Assembly: GCA_036785375.1 (NCBI GenBank) | Contig: JAWMAR010000635.1 | Location: 558,001 to 622,000, forward strand | From: Leucoraja ocellata | Lineage: Eukaryota | DNA length: 64,000 nt | Reading direction: 5' to 3' | In this document: positions 48,946 through 61,300 of the stretch, piece by piece | Layout: every line of letters starts with the position of its first letter | Position numbering within the stretch: position 1 is the stretch's first letter | Notes under the pieces: generated by a model | Told to the model about the DNA's origin: nothing | What the model saw: only the letters and a program-made list of their open reading frames with translations | Database searches by the model: none | Position numbers and translations under genes: made by a program

Positions 48946-49777
48946 CTAGACCAAGTGCAGACCTGTTGGGTCTGTTCCCCTAACGTGCGGTTGCAGGGGT
49001 GGGGGGGGGGGGGGGGGGCAGGGGGGGTGGCATGTGGCGTCACACACACTAACTACCACCCCGCACACACGCTAACTACCTCCCTTGATTTTATGTTAAT
49101 ATTATTAATTTGCTCCTTTTACCCCATAACCGCCCTATCCACTGACGCAGGCGCGAGTTGAGGGGAGAGGTGGAGAGAGAGTGGAGGGGGAGAGAGAGGA
49201 GAGGGAGAGAATTGAGTGGGAGAGAGTGGAGGGGGAGAGAGAGGAGGGGGAGAGAGAGGAGGGGGAGAGAGAGAGAAGGAGGAGAGAAAGAGAAAGGGGA
49301 GGGAGAGACGAAGGAGGGGGGAGAGAGAAGGGGGGAGTGGGGGAAAGGCACGGGGGTGGAAGGGAGGGGGAGAGATCTCCCACCCCTGTCCCATTGTGAG
49401 ATGGCACTGTGACTCATGCAGCAGGTTGGTTTGAGTGGGACCACATAAAGGTTCCAATCTCCCACACCTGTCCCATTGTGATGTCATATACGTAAATGAG
49501 ATCCATTGTGATTGGACATCTGTGAGGTGGCACTGACTCATGCAGCAGTTTAATTTTAAAATGTTTTGATGTTTTGTGAAAAATGTTATTCAAAATCTGG
49601 GGAAATAATTGACGAAATCTAGAGAGGAGTGGATTTCTGAAATCATGTTAAAACCCTACCGAAATTGTAAATATCTCCGCGTTTTTGTGTCTGGTTTTCG
49701 AGGAGATACGTTTCACATGCAAAATAACACACACACATACACACAAACACACACACATACACACACACACACACACA
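48946..49777 (-). mobile_element. Non-autonomous Helitron (5' end not visible)
   Basis: 3' hairpin CAGACCCAACAGGTCTG followed by CACTTGGT CTAG|T; internal GA-rich minisatellite and (CA)n. Confidence 0.8.
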
Positions 49778-50720
49778 ATCTGCATTAATGATTTAGATGA
49801 AGGGATTCAAAGAAACATTAACAAATTTGCAGATGACACAAAGCTGGGTGGCAGTGTGAACTGTGAGGAGGATGCTATGACAATGCAGGGTGACTTGGCC
49901 AGGTTGGGGAGTGGGCAGATGCATGGCAGGTGCAGTTTAATGTGGATAAATGTGAGGTTATCCACTTTGGTGGCAAAAACGGGAAGGCAGATTATTACCT
50001 AAATGGTGTCAAGTTGGGAAAAGGGGAAGTACAACGGGATCTGGTGGTTCTTGTTCGTCAGTCAATGAAAGTAAGCATGCAGGTACAGCAGGCAGTGAAG
50101 AAAGGGAATGGCATGTTAGCCTTCATAACAAGAGGAGTTGAGTATAGTTGTACAGGGCCCAGGTGAGACCACACCTGGAGTATTCTGTGCAGTTTTGGTC
50201 TCCAAATTTGAGGAAGGACATTCTTGCTATTGAGGGAGTGCAGCATAGGTTCTTCAGGTTAATTCCCGGGATGGCGGGATGTCATATGTTGATAGAATGG
50301 AGCGGCTGGGCTTGTACACCCTAGAAATTAGAGGGGATCTTATTGAAACATATAAGATTATTAAGGGTTTGGACACGCTAGAGGCAGGAAACATGTACCC
50401 GATGTTGGGGGAGTCCAGAACCAGGGGCCACAGTTTAAGAATAAGTGGTAAGCCGTTTAGAATGGAGATGAGGAAACACTTTTTCAAACAGAGAGTTGTG
50501 AGTCTGTGGAATTCTCTGCCTCAGAGGGCGGTGGAGGCTGGTTCTCTGAATGCTTTCAAGAGAGAGCTAGACAGAGCTCTTAAAGATAGCGGAGTCAGGG
50601 GATATGGGAAGAAGGCAGGAACGGGGTACTGATTGTGGATGATCAGCCATGATCACATTGAATGGCGGTGCTGGCTCGAAGGACTAAATGGCCTACTCCT
50701 GCACCTATTGTCTATTGTCT
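49778..50720 (+). mobile_element. CR1 3' portion with (ATTGTCT)n tail
   Basis: INDLDEGI..KFADDTKLGG; MQFNVDKCEVIHFG; C-terminus and 3' UTR. Confidence 0.92.
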
Positions 50721-51884
50721 TTGTCGATAATGGTTCGATGAAACACGTAGTGTATAAAGGTGCTTTACAAATTGCTGTACACTGCACATTGTGCAATGTT
50801 TGGTTGGATTCACCTTAAGGTGTGCATTCTGCATTTATTTTTAAAAGCATTAGATTACACTTGACAATAATAGATTGCAGAGTCCATCTGCTTTCACACA
50901 AATAGAAGAAAGGAAGTTAAAAACGACAATGATATTTCTATGCATTTCCTCAACAAAATTTATTTTGCCAACAATAATTTCACCTGATCAAAAAGTATTC
51001 TGTACAGAATGGCAGTCAAATTTATTCAAATTAAAAATTACGAGCATGTACATATGGTTTAATGAAACACGAAAGAGGTTGAATGGTTCAAACAGTTGAG
51101 TGTCATATCCATCCTATTCATGTGTTCATTTCCTATTCCTCTGCCCTTTCCACGTTATCAGGGAGTAGTCAGAATGGAAAACGTTATCCTTAAAGACCTC
51201 ATTTATCAAAAGTCTAGAGTTGTTACTTGTTATAAACAAAAAACTTGGAAGCAAGACACACTTGCAATTTGGCTAGCATTTGCAATTACTTATTCATCCT
51301 TACCATTATTACTATTAACAGGATGTTATGATTTATTTAACAGCTAAAGCGGGTGGGAAGACAAGGTGGATGGTGCCCTAACAGTGGTCCTCCCCTGATT
51401 TATTACAGCAGTGCTTTAATTTTCCCCCAGGGATATGTGTAACAAAAAAAATCTACTATGTACAGCATTCAAAATATAACGTGGAATGCCACAACATTTT
51501 AAAAGCCCTTCAGCTATTTCCAAAACATAGGACTGTCGCTGGAAATTTTGTTATTGGTATTGGTCTATTATTGTCATGTGCATGAATATACAGTGAAAAA
51601 CGTTGTTTTATATGTTATCCAGGCAATTCATACCAGACATGAGTACATCAGGTAGTGCAAGAGGGAAAATAAATGAAGGGCAGCCTACATCAGTAAGTAT
51701 GTAGGCTGAGGATGGGAACAGTCAGAGGATGGGAACTTACTTGTTGCCATGAATCTTATTGAGTCTCTGAAAACCTATCTTCAGGAAATTAGAGACAAAT
51801 TTAGTGAATACGAATTGAAAGCCAGGAGTAGGTGTCCAGATTCAGATTATAGCGATGTGAAAAAACGGGAATGAAAACAAAATG

Positions 51885-51948
51885 TGTCGGTAGGGGCCCC
51901 AGTGCACCGCTTTGCCCGGGGGCCTATGATGCTGTTAAGACGGCCCTG
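51885..51948. mobile_element. Isolated hAT (Tip100-like) terminus
   Basis: GGGGCCCC..GGGGGCC..GTTAAGACGGCCCTG; partner end not found. Confidence 0.45.
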
Positions 51949-52205
51949 GGTTGATGAGCAGTTCCGTTGTTTTGCTGGCATTGATCTGCTGTGTGCGGCA
52001 TTGACCTTGGGTGCAGGTTCACTCGAGGCTGTCAACGCTGGTCACATCATTCCCCTGACATTCTGTTCAAAATGAGCATAAAATGTATGAGCTCATCAGA
52101 GAGGTACACCTTGATGTGTTTGGGGAATACTAGGCACATCTTTGGAATGCAGTTCCTCTGCATACTTACTGATGTAGGCTGTGACGGCAGAGGTGTACTC
52201 CTTTG

Positions 52206-52645
52206 TGGGCCTGTCCCACTTAGGTGATTTATTAAGGCAACTGCAGGCGACTAGGCTGTTGCCACATGGTCACCGGGGTGTCGCCTGTATGGTCGTGAGT
52301 CGTCTCCTCAATCGCCCAAAGAGTGTCTTTCTGGTCCCCGCTGGAATTTCAACATGTTGAAAATTTTTCGGTGACAGTGGCGACCCGTGGGTTTGACGCC
52401 AATGAGCGTAACGACGTAGGTGCTATCGTAGGTGTCGCCAGGTTAACGTAAATTGTCGCCAGGAAGTTGTAGGTTGTCGCCAGGTGACGTAGGTTGTCGC
52501 TGGTGCTGACTTCGTTGAATTCCATTCTCGTATTCGCCGGCAGACGCCTAAAAAATTGCCTAACGTTGCAGGTTTTTCGGTGATCTGCTACGACTATGAC
52601 AGCCACTGGCAGTCGCCTAAAAATTGCCTAAGTGGAACAGGCCCA
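52206..52645. mobile_element. PIF/Harbinger-like MITE (440 bp)
   Basis: TGGGCCTGTCCCACTTAGG...CCTAAGTGGAACAGGCCCA; internal repeated GTAGGTTGTCGCC motifs. Confidence 0.82.
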
Positions 52646-53114
52646 TTATGTTGGCTGCTGAGTCCTTGAACACAAAGCAGTCATGGAGCAGTCAAAGAGC
52701 TCTTCTGTTTCCTGAGACCAGTGGACTGGATCCCCGTGCCTCGTGCCTTAGTTTTCTGCTTTTAAGCAAGGAGGAGGAACACAGCCTAATGGTCAGACTT
52801 TCCAAAATGTGGTTGGGGCGATGGGTATCTTTGTAGGTATAGGGTGTCTGGACTTCTGGCGGGACAGGAGATATGTTGATGGTACTTTGGTAGCACACAT
52901 AACATTTGCCTAGGATGGGTGACATTTCAGATTGAAACCCTTCTTTGGACTGTGATAGGATAATGATAAAATAATGCACCAAAACAGACTTTTGAAGCAG
53001 GCTTTCTTCAAGCAAAATTAATCACATCATTATCTTCTGCCAGAATTAATTAAAAAAAAATGTATCATGAACTAAAGGCATGAGACCGTTTATTTGGCTT
53101 TACAAATCAAACTC

Positions 53115-53990
53115 TGTGCAGATGTACATGTAAAGGTTTGCAGATGACACCACTGCAATGGGTCGGATTTCAAACAGTGATAAGACGGTGTACCGGATGG
53201 AGATAGAGAGCTTAGTAACAATACCAAAATCTCTTCCTCAATGTCAGCAAGACATAGAAGCAAGTTATTGCATTCAGGAAGGAAGGTAGTGTAGACATCT
53301 CAATCAGCATCAATGGTGCTGAAGTGAAGATAGTTGAGAGCTTCAAGTTTCTTGGTGTGAATATCACCAACAATTTGTCCTGGACCAACCACAGTGAAGC
53401 TAAAGCACACTAAAGTGTGTACTTCCTCAGAATACGAAGGGGTTTGCATGTATCTTGCCAACTTATTGGGACCCATTGGGATGCTTCGTTTGGCAATAGC
53501 TCTGTGGAAGATGGCAAAAAAGTTGCAGATGTAGCCACATCCATCACACAGATGGACCTCCCTCACCGTCTACACTTCACGCTGTCTCGAGAAAACAGCC
53601 AACGCAATCGTACCATTTTCCCGATCATTCCGTCTTCATCCCTCCCCCATTGAGCAGAAGGTATAAAAGCTTGAAAGCCCTTACCACCAGATTCAGGATC
53701 AACTTCTACCCCTCTGTTATAAAACTACAGAACAGTCATCTCACAACCCAGACCATAGTCTAGATCTTCCAAACCACCTCCTTTTGGGCCTTGCACTTTT
53801 CTTTCCATAACTGTAAAGGTATAATGCTATTACAAAATCTACTTCACTCTGGAAGTTTTCACTTTGGAATACCTGTTGTACTTGTATATGACTTAGTTGG
53901 CTTGATTATACTCATGTGCAGTATGATTTGACTGGATAACATGCAAACAAAGGTTTTCACTGTATCTCAATCCATGTAATAATAATAAGC
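53115..53990 (+). mobile_element. Old Rex1/Babar remnant
   Basis: RFADDTTAMGRIS; VESFKFLGVNITNNLSW. Confidence 0.75.
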
Positions 53991-54199
53991 TCATATCAAA
54001 GGTGCCAGTTCACTACTAGGGAAGATGACATTGTCTGCAACATAGGGTCAAACCTTCCCTCGCCAAACATTTACCCCCACTACCAACACCAGTTCCAACA
54101 AACGCACACACATATTAAATTCAGCTGTCATTGATAATGTAACATTCACTATAAATATTCTCATTTATAAAGCATGAAGGAAAACATAGCATTGTGCTG

Positions 54200-54742
54200 A
54201 CTTGTAGTATTATGAGTAGGTCTAATTACCTAGCTATAGGAAGGATGTTATTAAGCTGGGAAAAGGTGCAGAAAAGATTATCAATGATGTTGCTGGGACT
54301 GTAAGGGTTGAGTTATGAGAAACTAGGTTGGATGCAGCTGTTTTCCCTTGAATGTAGGTGGATGAGCGGTTACCTTACAGAGGTATATACAATCATAAGA
54401 TGCATTGATAGGGTGAATGGTCTCAATGCCTTTTCCAGAGTAGGGGAGTCTAAAACCAGAGAGTCTAGGTTTAAGGTGAGTGTTGAAAGATTAGAGAGAA
54501 CCTGAGGGACAATTAATTCATACAGAGGGTGGTGGGTACATAGAACAAGCTGCCAGAAGAAATAGTAGAATCATGTGAACTTATAATCTTTCAAAAAATA
54601 TTTATACTGATACATAGATAGGACAGGTTTAGAGGGATATGAGCCAAATGTAGACAAATGAGACCAGTTAGGAAAGGCACCTTGCTCAACATGTGTGAAT
54701 TGGGTTGCAGGGCCTGTGTCTGAACTAAATAACTCTATGGCT
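54200..54742 (+). mobile_element. Old HER1/CR1 3' remnant
   Basis: LSYEKLG..LFSLECR..G.LTEVYTII. Confidence 0.7.
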
Positions 54743-54803
54743 CCATCATATTTTTCATAATTTTTGCGAATCCCAAAGTAACCATATCAATGAAGAAAAG
54801 AAT

Positions 54804-55707
54804 TAAGTAAGTAAGTAAGTACGTTTTATTTATATAGCACGTTTTAAGTCAACTCGCATTGACACCAAAGTGCTTTACATAAATTAAATAACAAGTTCCA
54901 TTACAAACCATAGAAAAAGGTTAAAAAAAAAAAGAATAAAATGGACACAACACATTATAGAGCTCATCACAAACGTCCCCCCACAGCAGAATCAAAACTT
55001 TCCACTGTGGGGAAAGACACCAGAAAGTTAAGTCCTCTTCCTCTGTGAAACACCCGAGGTCGGGGCCCATTTGTGGCCGTGCAGCCAGTCCGATGATTTT
55101 CATGGCCCTCTTGCCGTGAAGATGGAACTTCGGCGTCAGGTGAAACATTCCTCAGCGGCTTGGAAAAGTCTGGAGCGGGTGCCTCCTCCCTGGAGACCGG
55201 GGCACTCGTAGTCCTCAGGCCGCGCCGGCTGGAGCTCCGACCCCGGTGAACTCGACGCTCTGCGGCTCTGCGGCGCTCCAAATCCAGCGCCGCCCACTGC
55301 CGGACGCCCACAGCCCCAGCTCCGCGATGTTAGGATCGACGGCCACAACGCTCCGGAGCCTACCGCACGGCGACCCGGCAAGGCATCGCCCGCTCCGTGT
55401 TGGCATCCCAGCGCTGCGTCACCGCCGCCGAAGCTGTAGTCCCGGCCGGTCCCGACAGGAAACGCCGCTCCATTCTCGATGGTAGGCCGCGAGGACGGGG
55501 CGAAGAAGCAGCTTGGAGGGATGCTGCCTCTCCGACCAGGTAGGGGACTAAGAATTAAAGTTTTCCCCTTCCCCACCCACGCCCCCCACATAGAAGACCT
55601 CCACTAACATTTTTTAACAGGACTTAAAATAAAAAAAGGTGTAGAGACGGACTGCGGGCAGGCTGCCATACACAGTCGGCACCCACCCCCGCACATCCGC
55701 CATCTTA
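54804..55707 (-). mobile_element. CpG-rich non-coding retroelement with L2-like 3' end and (TTAC)n tail
   Basis: 5' AAGATGGCGG; 3' GTAAAGCACTTTGG..AAAACGTGCTATATAAATAAAA and (TACT)n. Confidence 0.75.
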
Positions 55708-56160
55708 GTAGTTTTGAAGTGTAGTAAATAAAGTGATGTAAGAAAGAGAGCAGACAATCTTAGCTCAGCAAGCTCCCATTATCTATTTTTATATTTGATT
55801 GGGGGCATTTGATTTTGCTTTGGGCAAATGGAATAAACCTTTATTCTTCTTTGAAAAACAGTGATATGATCTTTTGCATGCACCTGAGTGGCCCTCAGTT
55901 TGTCTCATCTGAAATACAGTATGTTCAACAGTACAGCACTGCCTCAGTTTTGTATTGGTGGATTAGTTTTGCGCTGAAGTCTTTGGAGTGGATAGGGTCA
56001 TGGAGCAGGGATCATGGGCTGACAGCACGGAAACAGGCCCTTCAGCCCAACTTGTCCATACAGACCAAGTTGGCATTCTGGGCAAGTCCCATTCACCTGC
56101 ATTTGGCTCATATTCTTCTAAACCCACCATGTGTCTATCCAGATGAAATTTGAACACACC

Positions 56161-58812
56161 GGGCAGCACGGTGGCATAGCGGTAGAGTTGCTGCCTTACA
56201 ATGCTTGCAGCACCAGAGACCAGGGTTCGATCCTGACTACAGGTGCTATCTGTATGGAGTTTGTACGTTCTCCCCGTGACCACGTGGGTTTTCTCCGAGA
56301 TCTTCAGTTTCCTCCCACATTCCAAAGGTACAGGATTGTAGGTTAATTGACTTGGGTTTGTATACTTGGTATGTGTAAATTAGTGGGCATAACTGGGCAA
56401 CATTAGGGCACATGGTATAGGGGGTAGGGTACTGACATCGATAGAAAATTGGTTGGCAGACAGGAAACAAAGAGTTGGGATTAACGCGTCCCTTTCAGAA
56501 TGGCAGGCAGTGACTAGTGGGGTGCGGTAAGGTTCGGTGCTGGGACCTGCAAATTGAGAGGGAGTAGGTTAAATCAGAAGTGTAACTGTTGCAGTTGAAC
56601 AAAGGGGACTACAAAGGCATGAGAAAAGAGCTGGCCAAGGTCGACTGGAAAAGGATCCTTGCAGGAATAACGGTGGAACAGCATTGGCGGGAATTTCTGG
56701 GAATAATCCAGAAGATGCAGGATCATTTCATTCCAAAGAGGAAGAAAGATTCTAAGGGAAGTAAGAGGCACCATGGCTGACAAAGGAAGTTAGGGATAAA
56801 ATAAAACTAAAACGGGTAAATACTGGCAAAAACGGGAAAGCAGACTATTATCTAAATGGTGGCCGATTGGGAAAGGGGGAGATGCAGCGAGACCTGGGTG
56901 TCATGGTACACCAGTCATTGAAGGTAGGCATGCAGGTGCAGCTGGCAGTAAAGAAAGCGAATGGCATGTTAGCTTTCATTGCAAAAGGATTTGAGTATAG
57001 GAGCAGGGACGTTCTACTGCAGTTGTACAGGGTCTTGGTGAGACCACACCTGGAGTATTGCGTACAGTTTTGGTCTCCAAATCTGAGGAAGGACATTATT
57101 GCCATAGAGGCAGTGCAGAGACGGTTCACCAGACTGATTCCTGGGATGTCAGGACTGTCTTATGAAGAAAGACTGGATAGACTTGGTTTATACTCTCTAG
57201 AATTTAGGAGATTGAGAGGGGATCTTATAGAAACTTACAAAATTCTTAAGGGGTTGGACAGGCTAGATGCAGGAAGATTGTTCCCGATGTTAGGGAAGTC
57301 CAGGACAAGGGGTCACAGCTTAAAGATAAGGGGGAAATCCTTTAAAACCGAGATGAGAAGAACTTTTTTTCACACAGAGAGTGGTGAATCTCTGGAACTC
57401 TCTGCCACAGAGGGTAGTTGAGGCCAGTTCATTGGCTCTATTTAAGAGGGAGTTAGATGTGGCCCTTGTGGCTAAGGGGATCAGGGGGTATGGAGAGAAG
57501 GCAGGTACGGGATACTGAGTTGGATGATCAGCCATGATCATATTGAATGGCGGTGCAGGCTCGAAGGGCCGAGTGGCCTACTCCTGCACCTAATTTCTAT
57601 GTTTCTATGTTTCTAAAAGAAAAGATGTATAACATAGCAAAGAGTAGTGGGAAGCCAGAGGATTGGGAAACGTTCAAATGACAACAGAAGGTAACAATAC
57701 GGGGTGAAAAGATGAAGTAACAGGTGAAGTTGGCCAAGAATATAAAGAAGGATAGTAAAAACTTCTTTAGGTATGTTAAGAGAAAAAAATTAGTAAAGAA
57801 AAATATGGGTCCCTTGAAGGCAGAAAGGTGAAATTATTATGGGTAACAAGGAAATGGCAGAAGAACAGGTACTTTGGTTCTGTCTTCACTAAGGAAGACA
57901 CAACAATCTCCCAGATGTACTAGGGGACAGAGGATCTAGGGAGACAGAGGAAATAAAATAAATTTGCATTAGACGAGAAAGAGTAGGAATAACGTATTGG
58001 AAAAGGGAAGTGCAACGAGACCTGGGTGTCCTTGTACACCAGTCACTGAAACTAAACATGCAGGTACAGCAGGCAGTGAAGAAAGTTAATAGCATGTTGG
58101 CCTTCATAATGAGAGGATTTGAGTATAGGAGTAAATAGGTCCTTCTGCAGTTGTAGAGGGCTGTTGTGAGACCACATCTGGAGTATTGTGTGGAGTTTTG
58201 GTCTCCTAAAGGGCATCCTTGCTATTGAGGCAGTGCAGCATAGGTTCACGAGGTTAATCCCCGAGATGGCGGGACTATCATATGAGGAAAGATTGGAAAG
58301 ACTGGGCTTGTATTCACTGTAATTTAGAAGGATGAGCAGTTCTTATAGAAACATTTTAAATTATAAAAGGACTTGACAAGCTAGATGCAGGAAAAATATT
58401 CCCAATATTGGGGGAATCTAGCACCAGAGGTCACAGTCTAAGAATAAAGGGGAGGCCATTTAAAACTGAGATGAGAAAAAACGCTTCCACCCAGAGAGTT
58501 GTGAATCTGTGGTATTCTCTGCCTCAGTGGAGGCCGATTCTCTGGATGCTTTCAAAACAGAGTTACAGGTAGATAGAGCTCTTAAAGATAGCGGAGTCAA
58601 GGGATATGGGGAGAAGGCAGTGACGGGGTACTGATTGGGGATGATCAGCCATGATTACATTGAATGGCGGTGCTGGCTCAAAGGGCCGAATGGCCTACTC
58701 CTGCACATATTGTCTATTGTCTAAATTGTCCCTTGTTTGTGTAGGGTAGTGTTAATGTGCAGAGATCGCTGGTCGTTGCGGACTCAGTGGGCCCATTTCC
58801 ACGTTGTATCTC
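56161..58812 (+). mobile_element. HE1-like SINE interrupted by a scrambled CR1 mosaic (56382-58721), itself containing a young CR1 (about 56822-57614)
   Basis: SINE breaks at TAAATT (56376-56381) and resumes at TAAATTGTCCC (58722); CR1 ORF2 pieces in between. Confidence 0.85.
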
Positions 58813-59876
58813 TTAAAAAATACAAGCACAGGATGATCTTGAATCCACAACCACAAACACACTTTGGTTTCTTGAATGTACAGTGCATATTTGTCACTTC
58901 AGGCATTCTACCTAGAAGGACATACTGTACCTAGAAGGAAACAGAACACATTTTCATTCATAAAATTTCATTCACTGAATTTGTGTAAATCCAGAACAGC
59001 CACTGTTTGGAGATAGAGTGTAACGTTTAATTTTGACTGACAGCAAAATACATGAATTAATGTGCAACGTTAAAAACTGACCTTAAAAATAAGCAAATTA
59101 TAAGTTCCAGCTAGTAGATTTTAAATTTACTGCGTTATTACACTAATTTAATATCATTTTTACCATTATTGCTAAGGATTCCTTTCTTTCGATGTACTAA
59201 ATACACTAAAGCCCATGATAATATGTGTTGTGTAAAAAAAGATCTAAATATAACTGTGGATCATTGTGGGTGTGAATGGAAAACAAAGAAGTTATGAGCT
59301 ATGCTCCTGTTACTGCGTCATTTTATTGCCATAATTATGTTGTTATGCATGCTGCCCACTTAAGCTATATGTGGAAACCCCTCAAAAAGACAGTGGATGA
59401 TTGATGGCATGTCATCTTTAATTTGCACAAAATGATGAAAACAAGTAAGTGCTTTGAGAATCTAAAAAGTGTATATTTACCAAAAAAATTATAAGAGACT
59501 ATAAAGAAAACAAAGATGAAAGGCACATCCATTTACAGAGACGTAAATACTGGGCCACTTAAAGCAAATTGTAATACTAAACCTTTCATATTTCAATGTA
59601 ATGAATAATGAAATCAAAATATTTCTTCAGTTGGATTCCTGAGTCGTCCGCACAGATAACAACAGTAAGCCTTCGTAATAGAGGACCTCTATGAAAAGGA
59701 TTTTGAGGCTCCTGTTGCAACATACCCCCACTTCCGCCAGTTACGCATTGAGCTGGCACCACGTGAGTGTTGCTGGGTGTGGGGAGAGCGAGCAGCATGA
59801 AGGTGGCGTGAGTACCGGATCGTCCCTAACGCATCGCGAGTGGGGCCGGGGTTCTGCGACTCTCTGTCTGTGAATT

Positions 59877-60826
59877 ACTTACTTACTTACTTACTGCCTA
59901 TTATTCCTCCTGGCATGTAGGGCAGCAATGAAGGTCCTCCACTCCTGTCTGTTCTGGGCTAGCTTCTGGACACTACCCAAGGTCAGGTCCATTGTTTTCA
60001 TTACATCCTCTACAGTACGACGCCAGGTGGTTTTGGGTCTCCCTCTTTTCCTTTTCCCTTCCGATGTCCAGTGCAGGGCTATTCTTGGGATGCTGTCTGG
60101 TTCTCCTCTCAGTATATGGTCATAATTGACATTTATCCTAGCATCTGTCGATAGCCCTGGAAGTCCATCACGCCCAGTAGTGTTGATTCCTTCAGTTGCT
60201 GTTTCCGTAACATAATTGTTATATGAGACAGGGTGTTCAGCCTCCAACCTGGAGGACCAGTGGATCGCTCTTCATCTCGCCTCTACGCTTCGACCTGTCC
60301 AGCATGGGAGACCCTAACAGGAGACATAGAAACATAGAAACATATAAATTAGGTGCAGGAGTAGGCCATTTGGCCCATCGAGCCTGCACCACCATTCAAT
60401 ATGATCATGGCTGATCATCCAACTCAGTATCCCGTACCTGCCTTCTCTCCATACCCCCTGATCCCCTTGGCCACAAGGGCCACATCTAACTCCCTCTTAA
60501 ATATAGCCAATGAAATGGCCTCAACTACCCTCTGTGACAGAGAGTTCCAGAGATTCACCACTCTCTGTGTGAAAAAAGTTCTCCTCATCTTGGTTTTAAA
60601 GGATATCCCCCTTATCCTTAAGCTGTGACCCCTTGTCCTGGACTTCCCCAACATCGGGAACAATCTTCCTGCATCTAGCCTGTCCAACCCCTTAAGAATT
60701 TTGTAAGTTTCTATAAGATCCCCTCTCAATCTCCTAAATTCTAGAGAGTATAAACCAAGTCTATCCAGTCTTTCTTCATCACTTCAAATCTCCCCGACCA
60801 CGACAAGGTTGCAATCCAACAGAGAG
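59877..60826 (-). mobile_element. Bipartite non-autonomous RTE element (5' UTR fused to ORF 3' end)
   Basis: 5' CCTTGTCGTGG motif of RTE 5' UTRs; ALHWTSEGKRKRGRPKTTWRRTV..AQNRQEWR; (TAAG)n tail; 11-bp TSD GTCTGTGAATT at 59866-59876 and 60827-60837. Confidence 0.88.
60325..60779 (-). mobile_element. Young CR1 3' end nested in the RTE 5' UTR
   Basis: ORF 60424-60729 is the CR1 C-terminus. Confidence 0.9.
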
Positions 60827-61163
60827 GTCTGTGAATTTCCTCTAGTTTAATCTCTCCAACCCAATGCAACGGTTCTTCCCTCCTGGCCTTGACAAACTTT
60901 ACCCCCCTCACTTGGTTATAGCGGACAGTCGACAATAACAGACACCATCCTCCCCTCCCACCCAACCAACCCCCCCACCCCCCCCACCCCCCCCCCCGTG
61001 GTCTGTTATTGCGAGGGTTTACTATGACACCGAGAATAACATTTAATTTCGTAACTATATCCATTTTCCAGTATGTTTCCATCCCTCGGCTATGCTTAGT
61101 CAATCTGATCTCTCATAGGAGTAAAATGAAAAATATCAACTACATGAAAAGTTATTCTACAAT

Positions 61164-61300
61164 GTGTAGGAAGAAACTGCAGATGCTGGCTTAAACCGAA
61201 GATAGACTGAAGAAAGGTCTTGACTCGAAACGTCACCCATTCCTTCTCTCTGGAGATGCTGCCTGTCCTACTGAGTTACTCCAGCTTTTTGTGTCTCGCA
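61164..61300 (+). mobile_element. PLE pseudo-LTR mini-element with hammerhead-like core
   Basis: 10-bp TSD ATTCTACAAT at 61154-61163 and 61301-61310; CTGAAGAAAGGTCTTGACTCGAAACGTC. Confidence 0.8.

Larger units (their letters stand above)
59663..61024. mobile_element. pogo/Tigger-like MITE hosting RTE and CR1 insertions
   Basis: CAGTAAGCCTTCGTAATAGAGGACC versus inverse of the right end TAGTAAACCCTCGCAATAACAGACC. Confidence 0.65.

Noticed and set aside
49091-49541. Repetitive Pro/Leu/Ser or Gly/Glu/Arg ORFs (also 42323-42740)
   Set aside because: Translations of the GA-rich minisatellite inside Helitrons
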